A stretch of DNA of 64,000 bases from an uncultured Nitrospinota bacterium (GTDB lineage Bacteria; Tectomicrobia; Entotheonellia; J063; CAVPRW01). Below are positions 32,005-43,655 of the stretch, piece after piece. The position numbers and the translations under genes are program-made. The stretch's first letter is position 1, and each line of letters starts with the position of its first letter. Location: positions 1 to 64,000 of the forward strand of contig CAVPRW010000045.1 in assembly GCA_963707985.1 (NCBI GenBank), written 5' to 3'. Under the pieces are notes generated by a model, which searched no databases, was not told the origin of the DNA, and worked only from the letters and a program-made list of their open reading frames with translations.

Positions 32005-32952
32005 ATGAACGCGGTCATTCCGTCCGAGGAGCAGGTCGTTGAGTGGATCACGTCCCTCAGCAATTGGGGACGCTGGGGGGCAGAGGATCAGGCCGGCTGC
32101 TTGAATCTGATTACCCCGGCGAAACGTCAACAGGCAGCGGCGCTGATTCACGACGGCACGACGGTGAGCTGTGCCCGTCCCATCACCACCGAGATCACTC
32201 CCGACATCACCTTCCAGGTGCAGCGCTATATGGTCGATAGCGGCGAAGGACGTGACACCGATCCCCCGGAGCGGCGGCGTGTGCGCCGGGGCGCTGCCGA
32301 GTTTATCGGCATGGTGTTTCACGGGCAGACCATCACCCATATCGATGCCCTGTCGCATTATTCCTGGCAGGGGAAGATGTATAACGGCAAGCCCTCCAGT
32401 CTGGTGACCTCGCGGGAGGGCGCCCAGTCGCACGCCATCGACGTCGCCGCCGACGGCATTGTCAGCCGTGGGGTCTTACTCGACATTCCGGCGGTGCGGG
32501 GTGTCCCCTGGTTGCCAGCCGACGAGCCAGTGATGCCCGACGATCTGGAGGCCGCCGAGCAGCAGTTCGGGGTGCGTGTCGAGGCCGGCGATATTTTGCT
32601 GGTGCGCACCGGCAATTACCGCAAGATTCTCGACCAGGGACCGGTCCCCAGCACGGTTCCCATGGTGGCCTGTCAAGTGGCCTGTACCCCCTGGTTCAAG
32701 GCGCGGGATATTGCCATGCTCGGCACCGATACGTCCAACGATGTGCGCCCGAGTGCCTACCCGAACATCGCCACCCCGCTGCATACCGTGTCGCTGGTCG
32801 GGCTGGGCCTGTGGCTGATCGACAATGCCAATCTGGAACAACTCGCCGCGGCATGTCGCCAGCGCCAGCGCTATACGTTTATGCTGTGCCTGGGGCCGTT
32901 GCGCTTGCGCCGGGTCACCGGTTCCCCGGTCAATCCCATCGCCCTGTTCTGA
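32005..32952 (+). CDS. cyclase family (kynurenine formamidase-like) protein
   Basis: NWGRWG, FHGQTITHIDALSH, GDILLVRTG, TGSPVNPIA. Confidence 0.92.
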   Translation: MNAVIPSEEQVVEWITSLSNWGRWGAEDQAGCLNLITPAKRQQAAALIHDGTTVSCARPITTEITPDITFQVQRYMVDSGEGRDTDPPERRRVRRGAAEFIGMVFHGQTITHIDALSHYSWQGKMYNGKPSSLVTSREGAQSHAIDVAADGIVSRGVLLDIPAVRGVPWLPADEPVMPDDLEAAEQQFGVRVEAGDILLVRTGNYRKILDQGPVPSTVPMVACQVACTPWFKARDIAMLGTDTSNDVRPSAYPNIATPLHTVSLVGLGLWLIDNANLEQLAAACRQRQRYTFMLCLGPLRLRRVTGSPVNPIALF

Positions 32953-32966
32953 CAGGAGAATGGTCT

Positions 32967-34001
32967 ATGCCTATCATGCGAGGTATCATCCAAACTGTTC
33001 TCGGCAACGGGCAAGAAGGCTTTGGCGGTGACGGCGGTCCGGCGCTCCAAGCGGCCTGCGAAACACCCTATATGTGCGCCTTCGACACCCAGGGCCATAT
33101 GTTCGTGTGTATGGGACAGCACCACCGTATCCGGCGTATGGACGCCGACACCGGCATCATCACGTTAGTCGCTGGCACGGGGGAGAGCGGGTACAGCGGT
33201 GATGGCGGTCCGGCGCTCCAAGCCACCTTCAACATGCCCTATGCGCTGACGGTCGACACCAACGGAGATATCTATGTGGCCGAACGGGGCAATCCCATCG
33301 TGCGCAAGATAGACGGCAAAACAGGCCTCATCAGTACCCTGGCAGGCACGGGGGAGAAGGGCTATAGCGGCGACGGCGGCCCCGCGAACAAGGCCATGAT
33401 GCGAGAACCCAACGACGTCTACTTGGACGGCAAGGGGGGCCTGCTGATTGTCGACGTGCAGGATCAGCGCATTCGCCGCGTGGATTTGCGGACAGGCCTC
33501 ATCAGTACTTTTGCAGGCAACGGGGAGAAGTCCCGCGCTGGAGATGGCAAACGGGCTGTCGACGCCAGCCTGATGGGGCCGCGGGCCGTGTGCATGGATC
33601 GGCTAGGCAACACCTACGTCTGTGAGCGGGAAGGCAACGGGGTGCGGAAGGTAGACGCGCAAGGCATCCTGACCACCATTGCCGGGGCAGAGGCCGTGCG
33701 CGGCTATACGGGCGACGGTGGCCCGGCGCTGGCGGCCACCTGGGGAGCGCCCAAGGCCATGCGCTGTGACCCTCAGAACAACATTATCGTGGTGGACAGC
33801 GAGAACAACGCCGTCCGCCGGATCGACGCCCGCACCGGTATCGTGACCACGATTGCTGGCGGCCACGCCGGTGACGACGGCGACGGCGGCCCAGCCACTG
33901 CTGCTGGGCTAGCCCGACCGCATGGCTGCGGCATCGACGCTGCCGGGAATCTCTACATCGCCGACACCCACAACCACCGCGTGCGGGTGGTGGGGTTATA
34001 G
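32967..34001 (+). CDS. NHL-repeat beta-propeller protein
   Basis: repeated AGTGE.GYSGDGGPA units, NLYIADTHNHRVR. Confidence 0.9.
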   Translation: MPIMRGIIQTVLGNGQEGFGGDGGPALQAACETPYMCAFDTQGHMFVCMGQHHRIRRMDADTGIITLVAGTGESGYSGDGGPALQATFNMPYALTVDTNGDIYVAERGNPIVRKIDGKTGLISTLAGTGEKGYSGDGGPANKAMMREPNDVYLDGKGGLLIVDVQDQRIRRVDLRTGLISTFAGNGEKSRAGDGKRAVDASLMGPRAVCMDRLGNTYVCEREGNGVRKVDAQGILTTIAGAEAVRGYTGDGGPALAATWGAPKAMRCDPQNNIIVVDSENNAVRRIDARTGIVTTIAGGHAGDDGDGGPATAAGLARPHGCGIDAAGNLYIADTHNHRVRVVGL

Positions 34002-34245
34002 GGCTCGTGGGGTTGGTTGATCACGCGGTTCAGGGGCACGTGTGATGCTTGCGCCTCAGGCTGCCGCGCCGCCCTTGGTGTACCAGGGGACCCATTGCAT
34101 ATTAGGGCCGGGCGTGGCTCCAGAGCGATTTCGCCATATTCACGGATACCTTATGAGGCATCCATGTGGGAGGAACCTTGCGAACCGGCCATCGCGTCCG
34201 GGATGGTCGGCCGAGGCCAATAACAAATGAAGCTTGCTGTGAGTA

Positions 34246-34344
34246 CTGCAGCTGTTCCCCGGCCACGACCGCCTCATGACGACCGAGATCTACTTGAACC
34301 TCTCCCCGGAAGCCGTCGTGAGGGAATTTAGGGACAAGTGGTAG
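34246..34344 (+). pseudogene. tyrosine recombinase C-terminal remnant
   Basis: LQLFPGHDRLMTTEIYLNLSPEAVVREFRDKW*, box II GH...TT.IY with catalytic Tyr. Confidence 0.7.
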
Positions 34345-34439
34345 GTGCAATCTTCGGCAATTTTTTTTATCTCTTCGTAGTTGTGATATTCTCTCATTGG
34401 AGATTGGTAAGTCGTAGCTTTAGCACGTGGACCTCGTGA

Positions 34440-37400
34440 ATGGATGCCCCTTCCATGCCTATGCGTACATCCTCCGGTACGGCGATTCCCTCGTGGCTTG
34501 AAATGCCGCCGCTTTCACCTATTGCCCCTCCCGTAGAAACGCGACACCAAGAACTTCCATTTGAGCTGCTCGAATGGGAGGATTTTGAAAAGCTCTGTTT
34601 ACGTCTAGCGAGGCTCGAAGCGGAGATAGAGGATTGCCGAGAATATGGAGTTCGCGGCCAGGAGCAGGGTGGCATTGATTTATACGCCCGCCGGCGGTTC
34701 GCTGAGAAGTATACCGTCTATCAGTGCAAGCGGGAGAATGATTTTGGACCTGCAAAAATCAAAGAGGCGGTGACAAAGTTTCTCGATGGAGAGTGGGCGC
34801 CCACATCAGACACATTCGTACTATGCACAACGGAGAGTCTTCGTTCTACGCCGCGAATCGAGGAGGTTGGAGCACCAACGGTCTGTGTTGAGGGACCGGG
34901 GTATCGCGTTAGAGACATGGGACAGCAGCGAGCTTTCCCTGAAATTGAAGAGACTTCCCGATCTCGTTGATGACTTTTTTGGCCGGGAGTGGGTCAGGGT
35001 CTTTTGTGGTCCAGACGCGGTAAACAGCCTTGGCAATCGGCTCGATGCGGCGAGCATGGTCGAGTTTCGTAAAAGGCTCTTCGCGTTTTACGGGAACGTC
35101 TTTAATACGCATGATCCCGGGCTGCCGAGCACCGCTCTCGGTGAACTGTCTGTCCTGGATTTAGAGCAAAGATACGTCATTCCGGACATCTACGACCGAC
35201 GCCCCATCTCGATATCTTTTCAACAGTCCAACTCCACACGAAACTCATGCTGGCGTTGAGGGAGATGATGAGAGGTCCATTCCTGATGCCGCCGCAGCAA
35301 CCCCCAGCTCCCGGCGGCCCATGCAAAGGATATCCCACCACGCAGCGACGTTTCGTCCAAGACAGGGAGTAGAAAGCTGGCTTGCAGCGGCAGGGCGCAG
35401 CATCGTCCTCGGAGGACCTGGGAGCGGAAAAAGCTCGCTCTTGAGGTTTCTCGCGATAGACCTCTTACGAGAGTCGCCGCGCCTGACCACTCTCGCTCCC
35501 CAATGGGGTGGGCTGCTTCCCGTGTGGATCCCCTTCGCCCTGTGGACGAAAATGATTGCTCACCAGCCGCCAGCTGAATGCGCTTTGAGCGATTTGCTCA
35601 GGGCCTGGTTCAAGAGTTTGAACGAGGAACACCTCTGGCCACTTATCCAGCAAGCCCTGGAAGATAAGCGGCTCTTGCTGCTGGTGGATGGTCTGGACGA
35701 ATGGACGAATGAGGATGCGGCGAGAGTTGCTCTGGATAAGGCTTCAAGTCTTCATCGCACAGCGCCATGTGCCGGCGGTCGTCACCAGTCGACCGCATGG
35801 ATTCGATCGCTTGGGGATGCAAGCGGCCGGCTGGCAGATTGGGGAGCTAAGCGATTTTTCACCCACCCAGCAGCGGCAACTGGCCCGTGTGTGGTTTCTT
35901 CGCAAAAACACCGCGACATCCCCAGGATCGTCCGAACTCCCGGACCTCGAACGGCGGGCCGAGACCGAAACAGCGGAGTTCCTGACAGAGTTGTCTCGCT
36001 CACCAGACCTCCAGGAGCTGGCGAAAGTTCCCCTTCTCCTGTGCTTGTTGATCGCTCACCGCTTCCTGAACGCTCGTCTTCCGCAAGGTCGGTTTAGAGC
36101 TTATGATTCGTTGATTGAGCACCTCATCTCTACACATCCGCACAGGAGACGGACGGCAGCACTCCTAGCAGAACCGCCATCCGACCTTTCCGAGGGGGAT
36201 GTCAAGATAATCCTCGCTCGCCTTGCCTATCACATTCACGAGGGTTACCCCGAAGGGTTAATTGACCACCAGGACGCCACAGCTGTTGTTGAGCAGTATC
36301 TGAGAGATGAGGACCGTGGTTTTGGCTTTGTGACAGCATGAGGCCCGTCGGTACGGCCGGGAAGTCCTAGAAGTCGGTCAGAGCTCGATCGGCTTGCTTG
36401 TGCAACGCTCTCCCAACGAGATCGGGTATTTCCACCGGGTGTTCCAAGAATATTTGGCGGCATACCATCTTTCGCGACTTCCTTTGGTTGAGCAGCTATC
36501 TGTTGTGGAGCGCCGTTGCGTGGATCCGCAATGGTATGAGGTTCTCCTCGGACTGTTCTTCCTCACCACCCGTCCTGAAGATATCCGGCAATTCGTTGAG
36601 CGGATCCGGCTGCGGCAGGAGGGAGCTCATATCATCGAGCGCTATACCATCGATACCCTGCTGTGTGAAGTAGCATTTGGCGATTTTAACTGCCCCGTCC
36701 CCTTGGCACGAGAGCAGGCTCAGAGAGCCTTCGACGAGATCGAGCTCGGCACCTGGATGCCACAACGTGAGCGCTTGCTGCACCATGTGCTAGACGGCCT
36801 GCGGTCATCGAAAGTCAAAGAGTTGGTTCGGGCAAAGCTTCAGCGGTGGTTTCCCGAGCGTATCCCGTGGCGACAGTACCTCTTTCAGGCGATGGCAAAA
36901 TGGCCGCAGGATGCGGCGGTTATTGAATGCCTGCAGAAAAACCTCTACGACGAGGACCCTCAGAACCAGCGGGCGGCGGCCAAAGCCTTAGCTGAGCTTT
37001 CTAGCGGCGACCTGTCGGTCGGCACCCACCTCGTCACACTGGCGCGTTCCGCTGTACTTCCTCGTATGAGAGCCGTCGCGCTCGAGGCCCTCTTAGCTGG
37101 CTGGCCTCATCAGGAAGGCCTTGCGGCTTTGCTCGCCGAGGCGCGGCAATCACTGAGCCCCGACCTGCGCTTCGTGGCGATATGGGGCAGGATTCGCCAG
37201 GACCTTCGCACCCCGGAAGACCGTGAGGAGTTGCTCCGCCTTGGAGCCTGGGGGGGGGGACTTAGATTTTACCTGGCGGGATGAGCTGGCGCCCACATTG
37301 TTAGCCGGATGGCCGCACGCACCGGAAATGAAAGCCGTGTGTCTTTCGAGCGTGTATGGATCAAGAGAGCTGGATCTGGAGTTCGCGCTCAGGATCCTTC

Positions 37401-39383
37401 TTGAAGGATATTCCCAGGATGAGGATGTCATAAACTTCTGTGTTGACCAGCTCAAGGGTGAACGCTTCCCATTTGTGGTGCTGCACAATGACGCCTGGCG
37501 TTTGCTGAGGCAACATTTTCACGGTCAGCCGCGGATCGTTGAGGCGATTGACGCCTGGATAGTAAAACAAGGCGAGCACCGCGACGTCGAAATCGCGCAT
37601 GCCGCCCTCGTGGGGTGCACACCGACGGCGAAGCAAAAGCTGCTCTCCTCGTTCCCCTCTTCTTTCGCCCACTGGCCTGCGTGGGCGTTGCTTGAAGGAT
37701 GGGGGATGCAGGACCCTGATGTAGCTGGCACGTTGAGTGAAATTGCTCTTGGGCCTGTCGCCAAGGCATCCCAAATCGCTCATTTCCTCCCACAAATTAT
37801 CCCTGACAACACTGCCTGTCGGCAGAGACTCCTTGAGATTTTGCGAGATCCAACTTGTGAGCGCCAAGATTTCGTTTTGGAGGGTTTGGCGCGTCTGGGA
37901 AATACCCAAGGTGATACCGAGGTCGTCGACAACGTCTTGCAGCACGTGGACCGAGAGAATCGTTTTTATGAAGGGGTGGTAGGGCGTTTGATCATCAGCT
38001 ATTCCGCTGACTCACGTGTGAAAGCCTTAGCCAAGGAGTGAGCTCCGCACGCGCGAGGGGAACCATGGGGCCGTGGCACAGGCCTACGGTGATGATGAGG
38101 AAATCCGGCAACGGATTATTGACATCGCCCGTCCACTACCCACTCACCTGCGGGGCATCATTGCCGTACACCTGACAGAGCGGGGTAGTCCCGAACCATT
38201 TGTCCTCTCCCTGCTTTCGCTCTATGATCACGAACGAGATGCACAAGTGAAAGTGCAATCCTCGATCGGGTATCACAAGGTCCTGAGCGCGTCCGGGAAA
38301 ACTCCGCAATCTGCATTGGATGTCCTCGCACGCGACATTGTCTGTTATGGCCCAGATTATGAGGAACGGCGGCAGGCGGCTTTTTGTGGCTTGGTCGAGC
38401 TGAACCGGTTGGATGTGATGCGCAACGCCTATGAGGGGATTGGAAATGACCGAATGTGTTCCATCTCCATAACCGGAAGATTCGCGCCCAATACTCCTCT
38501 CCTGAAACATATTCTCCAGCACTGGGAGGCCATTAACGTCTCGCTGGGTGACGAGTTCTGGCCGAGGCTTTCGCACTTTACTTCCAGCCGACTAGACGTA
38601 TGGGACGCGTTGTGCGTGTTGGCCGACGATTACCCACTTGCACGGGACGCGGCTCTGCACTTTCTTGATACTCCAACGACCAAGCCTACCCATCCGAATA
38701 TTCTACGTTTTCTCGGTCGGGTGCGCCCAAAGAGTCGGCTGCTGCTCGAGTGCTGCTTGTCTATTTTACATCGTGAGCCGGATCGCGGCCCTCGGCACCG
38801 AGACGAGGCCATTGTGGCTGCCGAACTTTTGGGGGAACATTTTGGCGGCGACCAAGAGGTGTTGTTGCAGCTCATATCGGGATGGACGATGGATTCTCCG
38901 CAGCGGGGGGTGATACTTGCGCTGTGCGAGGGCTGGCCGGAGAGTCCCTTGCTTGACGAGATTATTGAAGCATGGCAAGATCAGCGATTAGAGCTGTCAT
39001 ATGCAGCATTCTTTCAACTGCTGAGCCGGAAGGCTCAGCCTGAAGTCATTTTCTACAGGCTTTGCGACGAGATCTCAAAGCCCATCCCTAATAAGTGGAT
39101 CTTTGGTGATATCACCCGGCCCATCTTCCGCCGCCTTCGGACTGACGATCAGTTCGCGGCTCTGCTGGTTGAACGGCTGCACCAAGACCCTACGCCGTCG
39201 GAAAAGGCTACCTTTCCACGATTTATCAGCGTCGCGCGCGGCCTGTCGACCGATCTCAGGGAATGGTGTATCGAAGAGGCAGATCGCCAGATGAGCGGAA
39301 CTCAGCCTCCAGAGGTTGCAATGGACGGAATCAGTGGCGACTTCAGGCCGGTTATACACTCATTGCTTGATGCTCTGAGTTAG
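34440..39383 (+). CDS. Mrr-like restriction-endonuclease-fold + NACHT/STAND NTPase + helical repeat protein (~1650 aa, about six frameshifts)
   Basis: FEKLC...QGGIDLY...YQCK; Walker A GGPGSGKSS; Walker B LLLVDGLDE; YFHRVFQEYLAA; consecutive overlapping ORFs. Confidence 0.82.
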
Positions 39384-39774
39384 CCGAGTGCTGGATAGCT
39401 GTTGGTTGCATTTTCCATCAGATAGAGCACACAAAACCAACGCCAACGATTTACGTCTGCTCGTTAGGCCACTCAAATTCGACATTACAGTCCAAGGACC
39501 ACCCCCTCCCCAGACCCGGAACTGCCTGTAATACTGGGGGAGGTGGTAGAATTCGACAAAAAGACTATCCTATCAGAGGGGATTTTGCTATGCCCCTCAA
39601 TAGCATGTGATCCTCATGCCTGCAGCCCACTGCTTCACGCGTCATGGCCCAACGCGCGGTCGGCCACGGCATGATGGGCTCCATTAGGCTTACGAGCAAA
39701 CAGCGCAGGTAGCATCATGGGAGCAGCGTGCTTGCTGCGAAGCGGACTGCTTCTACACGCAGGGAGAGAGCGCT

Positions 39775-40083
39775 ATGCAATACACGCTGATTCTCACTGA
39801 GAAGACTGAGGGCGGTATCCAGGTGACCATCCCGGCCCTGCCGGCGTGCAGGATCGAAGCCGCGACGCGCGACGAAGCCATTCGGCTGGCGCGCGAGGCC
39901 ATTGCACAGCTGGTGAGCCGCAGTGAGATCGTCCAGATCGATATTCCCCAGCAGCCCCGGGCGACGGCACAGCCTCGTGGGGTGCCCTGGGAGTGGTTCG
40001 GGGAGGCCAAAGCCGACCCCACGTGGGATGCCCTCTTCGATGACCTCGAGCAGCGCCGCGAGGCCACGCGAGATGTGGAATAG
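39775..40083 (+). CDS. HicB-like antitoxin
   Basis: YTLIL...VTIPALPAC...ATRDEAIRLAREAI HicB N-terminal fold. Confidence 0.75.
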   Translation: MQYTLILTEKTEGGIQVTIPALPACRIEAATRDEAIRLAREAIAQLVSRSEIVQIDIPQQPRATAQPRGVPWEWFGEAKADPTWDALFDDLEQRREATRDVE

Positions 40084-40088
40084 CACCC

Positions 40089-40529
40089 ATGTATCTCTGG
40101 GACGCGAATATCCTCCGTGCCTTTGGGCAGGGCCATACCACATTGCGCTCGTATCTGCTGCGTGTGCCGTGGTCCGAGATTGCCCTCCCATCGGTCGTTA
40201 TCGCTGAAGTGCTTCGTGGACGGTGCGACTTTGCCTTGAAGGCCACTCCGGCTGAAGCACCCCTTGCGCACCAACGGTTGCTGGACACCCAGCGGATGCT
40301 TTCCCAATTCCAGATCGTCGTGTTCGACACCGCCTGTGCAACCATGATGGAAAACCTCCGGCAGCGGCATCGCCGGCGGAAGCGTTATGCAGACCTGATG
40401 ATTGCGGCCATCGTCGCCGCGGGCCAGCATGTCCTGGTCACCCGCAATCAGTCTGACTTTAGCGATGTGCTTCCCCAGGCACAATTAGCCAACTGGATTG
40501 ATGATCCGCCCGAGCAATCTCTCCCGTGA
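40089..40529 (+). CDS. PIN-domain (VapC-like) toxin
   Basis: YLWDANIL, VIAEVLRG, ADLMIAA, LVTRNQSDF. Confidence 0.88.
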   Translation: MYLWDANILRAFGQGHTTLRSYLLRVPWSEIALPSVVIAEVLRGRCDFALKATPAEAPLAHQRLLDTQRMLSQFQIVVFDTACATMMENLRQRHRRRKRYADLMIAAIVAAGQHVLVTRNQSDFSDVLPQAQLANWIDDPPEQSLP

Positions 40530-41009
40530 TCCCTCGCGAGGTATGCCAGTCGTAATTCTATGCACGAGTGGCTTCAAAAGGAGCCAGGTGTTGGCCATGG
40601 TGAGCCTCATACCTGCGGTCCATCGCGTCACGCATCATGGCCCGATGCCTGCTCGGCATGGCTTGCCATATTGCTCACAGACGATCACGGTGAGGCGGTA
40701 TAACGTAAGGGGGAGACCATGGAGCCGAGTCATCTGGAGCCACGTGATTGCGGCTATTGGGTAGTACCGCTTGTCGCTCGCCTCTCGCGCCGATGCCTTT
40801 CAGGAAGGGCATACTGTAGAAAGCCTGTGCCAGTTCTTTCCCGTGCTGACGCTGAAACAAGTCGACGATTACTGAGGGGCGCCGGCTATGCCATCATCTA
40901 AACCGACCGCCAAAACGGTCTCCTGTGGAACAGCGGACGAAGCATAGGTCGTAAACGTCTGGCCCAGCGTGATGCGAGGGAGCATTGTCTTCATCACGGG
41001 ATGACGATA

Positions 41010-41549
41010 TTAACGCCGCAGCAAGGCATCATGGTGGCTGGGGCCAGGCGTGCCGATCAGCAAACGGAGGAGCATATACACATCCATCTCACCATCCACG
41101 CCACAGGTAAAGCGCGTCGGGCTTTCCGCAAAAGGCGGATAACGCCATTCCTCCCGGAATCCGTCGAGGTATCGGGGCTCTTGCCGCCAGTCTCTCGCGG
41201 GATCGAATAGGCCGTATGTCTGCGCCAGGGGCTGTGAGGCGCAAATACTGAGAAACCAGTTTGGCGGCAGCGGGTCAAAATCCGTCTTGAGATAACATTC
41301 CAGGCCGTGGTGCCGAATCCGATACACGGGCATGAGCAAGGTTTCACACGGTGGCGGGGTTCCCATACGATACGTGGCGGGAACGTCTATGGCCTCCAGT
41401 CCATGTTGATCGCGCATGCGCCGCATGAACTCGACACCATCCCACCACCCTTTGCCGTAGGACAGAGACGGGTCGGGGTTATGCGCGCAGACCCAGGTGT
41501 CCAGGCCGTCTAGCGCAGCGGGTTGCTGATGCATGCGAGCCTTCGTCAT
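41010..41549 (-). CDS. hypothetical protein
   Basis: 179-aa ORF with AAGGAG RBS; aromatic-rich, no recognised domain. Confidence 0.65.
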   Translation of the reverse strand: MTKARMHQQPAALDGLDTWVCAHNPDPSLSYGKGWWDGVEFMRRMRDQHGLEAIDVPATYRMGTPPPCETLLMPVYRIRHHGLECYLKTDFDPLPPNWFLSICASQPLAQTYGLFDPARDWRQEPRYLDGFREEWRYPPFAESPTRFTCGVDGEMDVYMLLRLLIGTPGPSHHDALLRR

Positions 41550-41957
41550 CTGAAGCTCCTTTACTCGAACTTCACGTGATTCTTCATCTCTTCCGGCACC
41601 ATGACACCCAGATCAACAGCAGTCCATGAAGGGTGCGCCCTATTTGTAGCGCAAGAGGGTGGCCGTATGCAATCCTCGCGTGCAGCTTGCCTTGCCGGTG
41701 GAGCGCAAGATAATCGTCACCTACATCGCGGCGGCGTTGGCGATGCACTAGCGGCATGATGGATTGAGAAGGCTCTATTGATGGTCGGATCGCATGGCGA
41801 TTTTTTTTGAGAGACGCTCCAACGTCGGTGATATACTCGCCCGCGACAGTGGTTGCACGCGTTTCTCGACCAGATGTCCTCACGAGTCATGCCATGCGCC
41901 AACACACGCAACCCATGACGGGCTTGCCGCTCAACTCACGGTAGAGGAGGTTCGACG

Positions 41958-43655
41958 ATGGCGAAAATGACAGGCGGGGAAGCTTTGGCACAGACGCTCA
42001 AGGCCGCAGGAGTAGAGTATATCTTTGGCATCTCTGTGGGCTCTCAGGCCCCGTTGACCCTGGGCGCGATTCGCTTGGGGATGAAAATTGTCACCGTGAG
42101 GGATGAGAAATGCGCCGCGCTGATGGCCACGGCCTATAGTCGAATCAGCGGCAAACCGGGAGTCTGTCTGGCCTCGAGCCCAGGGGCGGCCCATCTGGCC
42201 CTGGGTATGTATGAGGCATTCAACTCTGCCAACGCCATGCTGTCGATCACCGCCGATTCAACCGTGGCAGGGCAGTGGCGGCCCGGAAGCACCTATATGG
42301 ATCAGCAGGCGTTGTTCCAGCCCATCACCAAGTGGACGGTGCGTGCCGAATCGCTGGCGACGCTTCCCGACATCATCCGACGGGCGCTGAGGGTCGCCAC
42401 GACGGGCAGTCCCGGACCGGTGGCGGTGATCGTGTCCACTCCCTTATTTGCGGCTGAGGGGGATTTCCAGCTCCCGACGGCAGCGGAGATTGCCCATGCT
42501 CCGGCGTTCCGTGTGGTTCCAGGGTCTGAATCGATCGAGCAGGCGGCGCAGTTGCTCCGTGAAGCCAAAAAACCGGCGATCATCGCGGGTGGCGGGGTGA
42601 TGCTGTCCCAGGCGGCCCAGGAGTTGATCGAGCTCGCCGAGCTGCTGGCCATCCCCGTGGCTACGACACACGTGGCGCACGGCACGTTCCCCAGCGCGCA
42701 TCCCTTGAGCCTTGGCGTGGTGGGTAACCCCGTGGCCGGGAGCCGAGGGCGAATCGCCAACAAGATCGTCGCAGAGGCCGATGTCCTGCTTGTGGTAGGT
42801 TCCCGGATGGATGGCCGGACGACGCGCGGATATACCCTGATCCCTCCCACCACGAAGCTCATCCAGATCGATATGGACCCCGGTGAGATCGGCAATCATT
42901 ATCCGGTGGAGGTGGGGATCGTCGCCGATGCGAAACTTGCTCTGGAGGCGCTAAAAGCCACGCTCGCGCACCAGGTCACCAGGCCACCATCCATCGCCGA
43001 TACCCCGAGGGCCAAGGAAATTGCCGCCATGGTGGAAGAATGGCGTAATGAGTTCGCCCCCCAGATCCACTCCAATGGGGTCCCCATCAAGACCCCTCGT
43101 CTGTTCGGGGAAATCCAACATTTCATTGATGACGAGACCATCGTGGTGGTGGACGCGGGGGGTTCCTCATACTGGGCTCCGGCCTACCTGGAGCTGTCCC
43201 CCGAGAATCAGGCGCTGTACCCACGGGGCGCTGCGGCGATCGGCTCGGCGCTGCCGATGGCGCTAGGAGCTCAGCTGGCCGCGCCGGACAAACGGGTGAT
43301 CTGCATCTCCGGCGACGGTGGGTTTGGCTATAACATTATGGAGCTCGAGACCGCGGTACGACTCAACCTCCCGGTGGTGAACATCGTCGTCAACAACCAT
43401 TCTCTGGGCATGGAACGGCGTGGCTATATCGACTATGCCGGTGAGGTGCCTCCAGGACCGGTGTCCTTCAGCCCTCAGGACTTCAGCAAGATCGCCCAGG
43501 CCTTCAATTGCTTCGGGGCACGGGCAGAACGGCCCGGCGACATTCGTGAGGCCATTGCGGCGGCCTTGGCATCCGGGCGACCGGCCATTGTGGACGTGTT
43601 GACCGACCCCGAGGACAGTGACTCCGAGAGGACTCGGCCCTGGCGGGCGTATTGA
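41958..43655 (+). CDS. ThDP-dependent enzyme (acetolactate synthase-like)
   Basis: RDEKCAALMA, GDGGFGY...VNN; GAGGAGG RBS. Confidence 0.93.
   Translation: MAKMTGGEALAQTLKAAGVEYIFGISVGSQAPLTLGAIRLGMKIVTVRDEKCAALMATAYSRISGKPGVCLASSPGAAHLALGMYEAFNSANAMLSITADSTVAGQWRPGSTYMDQQALFQPITKWTVRAESLATLPDIIRRALRVATTGSPGPVAVIVSTPLFAAEGDFQLPTAAEIAHAPAFRVVPGSESIEQAAQLLREAKKPAIIAGGGVMLSQAAQELIELAELLAIPVATTHVAHGTFPSAHPLSLGVVGNPVAGSRGRIANKIVAEADVLLVVGSRMDGRTTRGYTLIPPTTKLIQIDMDPGEIGNHYPVEVGIVADAKLALEALKATLAHQVTRPPSIADTPRAKEIAAMVEEWRNEFAPQIHSNGVPIKTPRLFGEIQHFIDDETIVVVDAGGSSYWAPAYLELSPENQALYPRGAAAIGSALPMALGAQLAAPDKRVICISGDGGFGYNIMELETAVRLNLPVVNIVVNNHSLGMERRGYIDYAGEVPPGPVSFSPQDFSKIAQAFNCFGARAERPGDIREAIAAALASGRPAIVDVLTDPEDSDSERTRPWRAY

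Noticed and set aside
33020..33900. Recurring GGCGACGGCGGCCC DNA repeats
   Set aside because: Explained by GDGGPA units of the NHL protein
38039..38041. TGA in the NACHT gene as selenocysteine or readthrough
   Set aside because: The downstream coding sequence is in a different frame, so it is a frameshift
39498..39547. Imperfect inverted repeat after the NACHT gene as a terminator
   Set aside because: 20-nt loop, bulged stem and no U-tract
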